From assembly GCA_030704615.1 (NCBI GenBank), contig CM060733.1, forward strand, positions 6,510,001-6,574,000: a stretch of 64,000 nt of DNA, given 5' to 3'. The notes below the pieces were generated by a model, which saw nothing but the letters and a program-made list of their open reading frames with translations, ran no database searches and had not been told where the DNA came from. Shown one piece after another: positions 23,175-32,819 of the stretch. This DNA comes from Takakia lepidozioides. Its lineage: Eukaryota; Plantae; Bryophyta. Both the position numbers and the translations under genes were made by a program. Within the stretch, counting starts at the first letter, position 1, and each line of letters begins with the position of its first letter.

Positions 23175-26100
23175 TCATGCTACCCATGTGTTGTATCCCG
23201 CTGCAAAAGAGTATCGACCTCGTTGAAACTCATAGTGGCCTGGTGAATGTTTGGGATCGCAAACCATCCTCCTCAAAAATATGAAATACAAATGTTTGCA
23301 GGGTATGAATTTACCTCTCTTGCCCAAACTGGTTGATAGCATATTCACAAAATCAGGACATGTGCAATTGGGGAAATTGGAAACCGTGATGTCGTAGGTC
23401 CTGTCATGAACAGCAGATGTGGAAGTGATGATTGTGAATACCCGACCATATCCTGGATCGGGTACTTCCGTGGTGCTTCCGACACGAGCTTGGAGCATTC
23501 TTGCGGACTCCACTTTGCCAAAGTGTTCAGCGGTTGGAGGGAAACGCCGAACGAGCTTTCCATCTCGTTTGGTTGGCCACAAGTCAGGATTTGCCGGGGG
23601 GACCCGGGAGGACGCAGAAGTAGTAGCACATGCATGGAGTTGGGGTTGTCTCGCAAGGGAAAAACCTGCCTCCTCCAGCATTTCAATCTCCTGAAAGCTG
23701 AGATGTGTTCCCACCTTCACGGGCCAAACGGTTGGAGGAGATGGCTTCATCACTACGGAAGGACGCACAGTTCCATGCACACATCTGGCACAATCATCTG
23801 CGCAGAACCAGAACTTGTGGTTCTTGGCTTCTGGTTGACCGTATGGACGCATCAAGCCCGTGAAAGTCGGAGCAGGAGTTCGGGCACCACCTCTGGATAT
23901 AGATGAAGTGCACTTCTCGAAATTAGTTGCCCTGATCGCTGTACATTTCACACGAGACCCGACACTTGTGCGTTCTATGTGCCAAACGTGGTCGGGGCAT
24001 GCGGACTCAAGCACATCAAGGGGGTTGTTTCTCTCCTGCACCATTTCAGTGGCACGGTTTGATGCTGGAGCTTGCCGTCGTGTTGGAGGTTCCTCCACAA
24101 TGGAGGTTCCGGACATGGAGCTGTCATGCAGGGGAACACGAGGCTTCGAGAAGTTATCACGGTCTGCCCTGTGGGAATCTGAATCCGAACCAGGTGGAGT
24201 GTTCAATTTCCTCTTACAGGAGCCGAATCTCTCCTCCCCTTCAAGATGTGGAACTCTAGAAACAAGTGGCGTTCCCTGGGCATACATGCTCACCGCCCGT
24301 GCTATCTTGATTGGATCCCCAGATCTGTTTGCAGCACGCAACATCAACTCCCATTTGTCCGGACCCTTGCCACCAACCCCACCTCGTAAGAAATCACGGT
24401 ATCGGGTTTGTTGTTGCAAGGCACGTATCAAATCATCTGTTGTTGCCACATACAAATCCCGACCTCGTTTCCCAGACTGCTGCAACCATGCATTGTGCAC
24501 AGTTTCTGCCAAATTGCAAGATGGCATGTCCGCCATTTCCTCAATGGACATGTTCTGCAAAGAGGATAACCACACTTCAGAACAGTGCACAGGAAACAAC
24601 ATAAAGAAAGCAATGAGTCAAAAATATGGAAAGCAAATGTATGAATAAAGCATGAAATAGAAGCCTCGTACCATTGTCATGGCTGCTCCCCACTGTCTAT
24701 ACCGGAAGTGCCAAAACGCCAGCCAATCTTCCAATGCTCTCATACTCTCAAGTGATGCAGCTCCAGAAGAGAACCACCAGGCACGAATTGTCTGGAACAA
24801 AGTGTCCGCCTCCTTCATTGTTCTAGCATCTTTGTACTCTTTGCACAATTTACGGTGCTGAGTCTGCATCTCTGGTTTGATGTCCGACTTTGTATGTTTT
24901 TCCAGAGATTGTGTCCAATGGAATAGACATGTACGCTCTCTTCCTGGCATAGGCACTTTTGGGTCGCCCGATCCGAAGACAATACGAATAGCATTGAAAT
25001 TTGCTTGAGCACTATCCGCCATGAAACCTGCGAAATTTGGAGATGGCAGCCCATGGCAGCCCATGACACGTATCAGGGAATTCCACATGAGCTTCTGGGA
25101 TTCCGTATCCTCGGATTGCATGTCACAAACTGCAATTGTCATAACTCGTTGGTACACTGGATCGTAGACATGACAAGCCATTGTCGTCCAATCCTTCACT
25201 CGTTTCACATGATCAAACATAAGAAAACAGTTCTGCAAGTCCCCAGTCTTCTGCATCCGCTTCACGAGGCTAACCCCACTGCCCTCCCCAACAGTCGACA
25301 TTTTGAAAAAAAAAACTTTGATGGCACCTTGACCTGGGAATACATTGTCCTGGATGTAATCGTACTTGCTCACTCGTTTCAATTCCAAAATATTGTCTAT
25401 GTATGATCCCAGAGCCCATCAATGATGCCGGATGTTAGGTGAACTTAAAGTGGAGAAATGATCCATGACCAGGTCCAATGCTGCACCGTCAAGTTTAGTC
25501 CCCACAGAATCTCCTTCACTCAAAATATGGCTTTCCAAGAAGGACTTGCTTGCGCCAAGAGCAATTGCAGATGTTGTTGCGGATGGGTTTCTCCCGAACT
25601 CCTATTTGATCAACCTCGATACTGTCTCAACACTCTCCCTGTAATCCCCCTTCGAGACAGGATGGTTATGGAATCCAAAATGCACACAAGCTCTCGTCAT
25701 TGTATTCAAACGGTGGACAACATAGTACATTCTTGCTCCGCAGAGCGTCAAACAGGATGACACAAGTTTGCAGAATTTGCAGACGAAAGTGTTTGCCGGT
25801 GGAGGGGCAGTCCCAGGCTGAAATGGATTTTCCGCCAGACCCTCCCATTCGCTTTGATTATGAACCCCAGACTGAAGAAAGTGTCTGCAATTCAAATTAT
25901 CACACCTAAGGTGTCCATTGCAAACTGTCCTCCTGAAAACAAGCTTGTCATCATTCTGAATATTGGATGTTTTTGTTCTGCACCACGGGTGCCCGTCGTG
26001 TTTCTTGTCCATTCCATGCATCATGATTGTTACACCTCCAACTCGCGGAGGAGGAGGCAGCTCGAATAGGATATCGCCATCAAAAGTCTCCGACAAGAAC

Positions 26101-26665
26101 TTCACAGGCACCTGCTTCAAAGATTCCCAATCAATTCCCGCAACTCACTTTTGAATCCAGCCATTCCTCCCATCGCCCGCAATTTTGGAATGACACTACA
26201 AATCTCTTCTTCATCAGCTTCTGCAACCACAGTAGGAAGGACTGGATTTGGAATTTCACTTATGTCATCATCGGAAGAATCCGAAAGCTCAACGATTGGA
26301 GTGGAGGAAGTCTGTTCTTTTTTCACCACCACCTCCCTCTTGTCTTCAACGACCGAAGCAGCAGTCCCGGGCGTCACATATGACCCAAGGGACTTTGGCC
26401 GAGGCTCTCCAAGTACTCTGTATCGACCAGGACGCACTCTCCACTGGCTGATATGAGCCGTCTCATCACGGTTTTGGAAAGAATATTTCACCAACTTCCC
26501 TTTCAGATCGTAAACCTCTTTCTCCAAAAAGATGGAGCCATTCTGCAGCTGAAAACGGGTAGCCAAGACATGTTCCAGAACAATTGCAAATCCATTGTCA
26601 AGGACTTCCTGGGAGAACGGCACTGGTTTGTCGTCTGAGAAGAACTCCGCTTCAGAGGAAGCCAT
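23175..26665 (-). pseudogene. MULE-family DDE transposase with N-terminal WRKY/GCM-like Zn domain and C-terminal SWIM finger
   Basis: CDNLNC...CKFC...CGARMYY...ACVHFGFHNHP; FDHVKRV (D1), FMADSAQA (D2), TCLFHW (CxxH), NLAETVH (E); SWIM CTCPDF...PCKHL. Intron at ~24557-24672. Frameshifts near 26120 and 25400-25600. Confidence 0.8.
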
Positions 26666-27514
26666 CTTCCTTCCTCGAGTATGTTTGTACCTTGCTATCG
26701 CAGATCTAGTGTAAATCGGTTTACTGCTGTCTCCAGAACACAGTTGAAGAATGAGCAGAGAATATGCCGGAGGAAGCTCAGATAACGACTGTGCATATTA
26801 TGTTATTCTTTCCAGATATGCAGCCGTCCATTTTAATTACTTTTCTTGTGGGCCCAGTGGTCAGAGTATCCCTAGGGGCAGTGTCGGCAACTGTTAAACC
26901 GTTAATCAGAACCTCATCAATAAACCCAATAACAAAGCCGACTTCCTGGAAGCATGCCACAGGATCTGAGAATGGGATTGCAGATTAAGTAAATGTATCT
27001 ATATACTACTACCAATGATCATGCGCACCTAGAAAGTTCCAAATGTGAAACGAATGTGGGGTTTGGCTAACAAGGATGACCGTGTATGATATTCCAAAAT
27101 TTGTCATCAAACTCTCGTTCATTTATATTTATTTGTTTAAGACTGCGCATCAATTTCTGGGATTCGCTGTTCTTTTTAAATATTGAACCCGTTCTAATAA
27201 AGAACACGCCGTTTTTTTGGGCGGCACACGTCAGACATCCATAACTGAATACGAACAGCTGTACACCAATTGCTGGCATGTGCACTAATAAGGAAACGAC
27301 TATGTGTAACGGTCACGCGGGAGGGAATCCGATGCTTCTAGAGACACGCAAGAACGCAGGCAATCCCGCAAGAAATCGGGAGTCACTGCGTTTTTCTACT
27401 TTTCGCGCTTAGAGGGAGAGTGGTAGTCAAGCTGGAGAGGGTTCTTTCTAGAATACGAAAGAGAAGAAAATTTATTTTACTTCCCTTAGAGAGAGACGCA
27501 GAGCAAGAGAGAAA

Positions 27515-30500
27515 ATGACGAGGCGTCGTTTGTTGGAGAACACAGGGCCAAGGCAGCAGGTGAACGCGGAGACTGATTCACAAGAGCAGACGGAGACTGA
27601 GGCAGCGGCTGCGACACAGTCGGCGATAAGAGTGCGCCAGCCTGTGGAGGCAGAGATGATTCGCAGGGACACTGAAGAAGGTGGAAGCACGCGGAATGCC
27701 GAACCTGGAGAAGGTCAAGAAACCCTTGCGCAGACAGAAACTCCAGCAGATGTGAGAGGGAAGAGGAAAGCTGCAGAAGGGGATCAAATTTCAAAACCTA
27801 AGAAGGTGCCAGTAAGTTTTATCATAAAGTCTGTCTGATTGCCTTTCAAGGAGTCCTTCTTCTTCCCTTCTTTAGCAGGAACTACTGATTTGCGAGCGTC
27901 GTTAACGCCATTCGATTCTCCTCATGAGATTTATGTACTTATGTGTTTGAAGAGATAGTCTGCACTTACTATTCTCCCTAAACTACACTGAATGTCGTTG
28001 CCGCCAATCAGTTGCACATGTATGTCATTACACAACACCGATTCGGCATGTCGTTATCTTTTGTGATTGTCGTTAACGCCATTCGCTATCGCTCTCGCTT
28101 TTGTTTTGAATACGGCAGTCTCAGCTTTGCATGTGTAGATTGTGCTGAATTCTTTCACACCATTCATGGTGAGTTTCCTTGATACAGAGTGATGGTCGTT
28201 ACCGCCATTCACTATTTGCAAATCACTCAGTCAGAACTGAATGGCATCGTGCAGAAAACTGTGAGGTCGAAGCCTACAGGATCAGAGGGGAAAGGATCTG
28301 GAGATGGGGACGAGTCCGCAAAAAGCTCTGAGAATACAGATGAAGCAGATGAATCCGAAGTGCACTACCTTGACAAGGTGAAAGAACTCATGTCATTCCA
28401 GAAGGTAAACTCTCAGGAGGTTATAAGGGACATGCTCGTATCTGGAGGGCGTCTGGACATACCTCTGTGCCGGATGATATCAATGCCTGTTGTGCGTCCA
28501 CCTCTTTCCCATGACATAACAAAATTGGAGAGTGATTTTGTGCATGGATATAGACTTGGTGCACAAGTTTTTTATGTGTCACTGACGGATATAAATGGGA
28601 AAAGCACATTAGTGTCTCCAGAGATCAGTGATAACTGGGATGAGTGCTGGAAAGATGCCAATGAGGAGTTCGAGCTGGGCCTCATGATGGGAAAGAACAC
28701 CCAGCAATTCTGCAACCACATGTTCTACGTCTGGGACGGCAACCACCGATTGCTGGCATGGATGGGATACATTCAGAAACACCATTCGAAAGACAAAGAC
28801 AAGCATGTTGCTGTGGAGGCAATGGTTTTGGATCCAGGAAACGACATCGCTAGGCTTCTTACAGCTATGCACGACGTGAACAAGTAAGTCATCCAGGAGA
28901 TTTCATTGCCTCTGTAGTGTCTTGTTAATCCTCAAAAAACAGTGTTAAGGAATGCAATGTTTCCAATGTTTTTGCAGATCGACAGAGAAATCGCATGTGA
29001 CAACAAGCTTGGTTCACACACTATTCCGAATTCAGAGGATTGGTATGATGAAGCTGGATGATTTTCGGACAGTACTACCACCCAATATCATCAAGAAGTG
29101 CGAAACAGGAAGAGCTGCAGGCACTTGGTATTCTTTGACACGAGAGGCGTTTCTGGAGTACATGTATGCGGTAAGCCCGAGTCTGTAATCTGTTTACTTT
29201 TCGAATACATGTTTGTAGTCCCTTCGGAGCTAATCACTACTTGAATGAATGCAGCAAGAACTGGCAGAGGCAGCTGAGAAGGGAAAATCCGAATATTACC
29301 GCACTACACCAGAAGAACTAAGGACATCAAAGGGTGTGGAAGCTGCAATAAAGAAGGAGTTTGAAATGCGAAGAACCAAATTGATGTCAGCCTTCGGAAA
29401 GCAACTTAGAATAGTAGATCCTGGACTTGGTCCTGAGTTCCTTCAGCAGATCAAAACACACTATGACAAGCATGTGCATCCGGAGATGCAGCAGGAGAAA
29501 TTGCACCGGCTGGCCATATCGATGGTCGACCCACAAACAAAAATAAGGTGGCTGGAGATATGGAACTCAGATCAAACAGTAAAGGACTTGAATCAGTTCC
29601 CAAAGAGCACCATACAGCCTGGCACAAAGGTGGAAGGAATCAGTGATTTGGTGTTTGATAACTGGCTCCACAAGGCTACATTTTGGAGTCAGGTGTGTAT
29701 TCGAACATGCTGTTTCTTCTCTTCAAGTATGTGATGTGTATCTTTTTTGCAATTCTGACAAATATACTATTTGCAGCTCGAAAAGCGCGCCGTCATTGTG
29801 CTGGATCAGACTTTGAAGGACCTGAACATTTCGATTGTTTCCCCTCCCCAAATGTCATTGGAGGCATACATAAGGAAGTGGAGAGGTCTCACCTGGAGAT
29901 ACTGTTTTTTCCGGGAGTTCTCCAAAGATGGTAACATTTTACGGTCCAACGACTTTGACAGTCAGGTTGGAGGAGAGTGGGCCATGATGCGAGTTGTGTA
30001 CAGGTGCAATGTCATACTTGAAACTCTACTGTTTTTTTGGGAAAAAATGTGGCTTCATATGGATTGAAATCTTAGATCCAGATTGAATGTCGTTGACGAC
30101 ATTCACTTCTTTGTCTGAGTCATTCTTAAGCGAGTATATGAATTCACCTGGTTAGGATCTAAGGGTGCAATTATATTGTCCCTGATTAGAATTGATAATG
30201 TCCTTGAATGGCGTTGACGACATTCACATACGGAGTTGTTGAGAGGTCCTCAGAGTTATTTAAATTTTTGTAATGTCCATAGAGGTTACAGTGAGGGTTC
30301 CTCACTTCATTTTGCTGAATGTCAATGCAGACATTCAGTTGTTCTGCATTGTTTTTGCCTCTTGCGATGAATGTGGAGGCTTGATAAGCTCTGTTTTAAG
30401 AAATCCAAAGTGAATGTCGTTGACGACATTCACAGCTGTGTCTGTATTATTCAACAGCGACAAATTCAATTTACATGGATTGGGGAGCTAAGTAATTGGT

Positions 30501-32819
30501 TTCTTTTTTGTATTTTTGTGAATGGCGTTGACGCCATTCACATACAGTGATGTTGTGAGGTCCTCAGTGATAGGTTCGTTATGAATGTGCATTGAGTTTG
30601 CCTGGAGGGTTCCTTACTCAATTTTTTGATTTCATCCTGTGATTTTGCTTCATTTAGTAATAATTTGGCTTCATTAGTGAATGTCGTTGACGACATTCAC
30701 TTCTATGTCTGTGTCATTTCTAAACGATAATTTGCATTCACCTGATTAGGGTGTATTTACAGTATCATTGAATGGAATGTTCTGAATGGCGTTGACGACA
30801 TTCATATCTGGAGCAGTAGTGTGGTCCTGAAAGGTCCTTGGAGCAGTTCTCAGAGCCATTTCAATCTATGTTTTATTCTTTCTGTTCTACTTGCATCTTA
30901 CTCACTGAGCGCTTTTGTGGGTTGGGATTTATCTCCTTTTTTCAGGTACACGAAATATGTGCTTATGGAAGGAAATCACCTGAGCGGAATTCCCGACTAT
31001 CTTGACATGTGGTCGGACCCTGCAAACGATCCAACCATGTATACTGCAGGGATATTGAAGGACTGGAGTCCTTCTCACTTCAGAGACTGTGGGTGGTACC
31101 TTGACTGCCCACCTGAGCACACGACCTTTCAAGAACAACATATGAAATACTTGAACAATAACGCTGAGATGCTGGCGCCTTTGACTGACGAAGAGTATCA
31201 ACGAAACATAGCAACATTGGCTGCCAAGGAGCCTGATGCTCAGGGAACGCCGCAGAAGGGAAAGAAGGCGGGCCGCAAACCAAAAGACAAGGCTGTTGAT
31301 GTCATAGCCATCTCACCAGCAAAGCCAAAGGACAAAGACAAGTCCAAAGAGAAGGAAAAAGACAAGGGGAAGGAGAATGAAAAGGAGATGGAGAGTGGGC
31401 AGGACTTTACTGCTGGAAGATATACCCGCACTCTTCAGTGCGTGTTCGATGCCAAGCCACACCCTTCCCGTTCTGATTCAGCAGGAGAGATGAAAATTGT
31501 TAATGAGGGTTGGCTTTCGATGATGCAGAGTCGAAAGAGAGGATACACTGGGGTGCCATCCCCTACCTGGGACAATATAATCTCATTCCTCAATCTGGTG
31601 AGAATTCCAGTTTCTTTCCTTTTTCTTTGAAAGTTTCGTTGGCAGTATTTCAGTCTCGTTCTTTGAAAACAATCCTGCCATCGTTCTTATAAAAAACATG
31701 TCTGTTGCAGGTGAGCACAGGTCCCACCTTCGTGTGCGGTGTGCAGAAAACTTATGCGGCCGACATTGTCATTCTCGACATCCCGGATGGCTAGGACTGT
31801 GCCAGAAGTTCTTCCAAAGGGCAAGACGCCAGGCTGGAACAAATTCGAGGACAACTACTGGAGTTGGGTGTTCGGGTTCTGTAACAATTTCCTCTCTGAT
31901 GCAGGGACACTTCTGCTTTTTCAGTCATGTGACAATGATAGTCGTCGGGCATTGGCATCATACCTCAAGTCTTCAGGGTTTGAAGTTTTGCGCACATGGA
32001 ATTGTGTGAACAGCCTATACCTTGTGAAAGGGGGTTTCCCTGGTCAGCTGGTATGCCGTCTCCCTTCTGCTTGTGCTTTGATCATGAGTTTCAATTTTCT
32101 TGCAGCTCCACTCTAGTAGAATGTTTTATGATCGACACCGATCATCACCGATTCATGATTTTTTTGTGTCAGAGTTCTGAATAGCCGATGTACACACTTC
32201 CACTATAGATTGTGTTTACCACACTAACCTGCTATCTTTGCCGGACGAGGATGTTCGAGGCGATCTGTCTGCGGAGGATTCGCACATCAAAGACACCATC
32301 CTCCATCCGCAGCTTTGAGATTTCTGACCAGGGTTGTTTCGTCAACCCCCCCTATGAGCCCCATGTCGATGACATTTTGTACAACTTCATGCAGTCCAGT
32401 CAGACTCTGAAGAGACCAGATGGCACTCCCTGGAGAGGTGCAAAGGAAAAGTCACCAGCATTCATGCAAATACTGCTGGAGTCATGCAGCCACCGCTCTG
32501 CACGGGTGGTCGATCTTTCTGTGTCCACAGGTTCGTTTTTTCCCTTCCGAATTGGTTTCGTTTCAACAGTTTCATCTGCTTAAATCCCCCCCTCCAAACT
32601 GTTCATGTTCTCCTGTCTGGTGCAGGAGCAACTTACCACGCATGCAAGGCAGGCGGAAGAAGCCTTTTTGGCATGGAGGGTGATTCTGACCTCTACAACA
32701 CCGTGCTCCTCCCCCTTTTGTCTGGCTCCACTTCAGGCACACAGACTGATCGGATTCAAATTCGAAATGATGACGATCCCGAAGATAAGCAGGTCGACAA
32801 CGACTTTTCATGTGAGTAA
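27515..32819 (+). CDS. Spliced gene: ParB/Srx-like domain plus beta-class N6A/N4C DNA-methyltransferase-like domain (one apparent frameshift at ~31791)
   Basis: Approximate exons 27515-27805, 28254-28883, 28978-29170, 29256-29692, 29777-30003, 30946-31597, 31711-32050, ~32240-32530 and 32626-32819. ParB-like VRPP...FYVWDGNHRLLAW. MTase ADIVILDIPDG (motif IV position), FLSDAGTLLLF, GFEVLRTW, WRGAKEKSPAFMQILLE (X), RVVDLSVSTGATYHAC..GRSLFGME.D (I-II). Confidence 0.7.
27893..28211. repeat. Four degenerate copies of the 22-bp palindrome in intron 1 of the ParB-MTase gene
   Basis: cgagcgtcgttaacgccattcg (27893), tgaatgtcgttgccgccaatca (27989), tgattgtcgttaacgccattcg (28064) and tgatggtcgttaccgccattca (28190). 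Confidence 0.75.
30084..30804. repeat. Array of seven 22-bp palindromes TGAATGTCGT-TG-ACGACATTCA in intron 5 of the ParB-MTase gene
   Basis: Copies at 30084, 30205, 30316, 30411, 30519, 30678 and 30783, spaced 95-159 bp. They sit within a ~270-330 bp higher-order repeat. Confidence 0.92.

Noticed and set aside
30084-30804. CRISPR-like array (palindromic repeats with spacers)
   Set aside because: Spacers are 73-137 bp, irregular and related to each other through a higher-order repeat. There are no cas genes, and the array lies in a eukaryotic intron.
27515-32819. Bacterial or phage contamination as the source of the ParB-MTase gene
   Set aside because: The gene has multiple GT-AG introns and lies within a TSD-bounded eukaryotic transposon nested in plant DNA.
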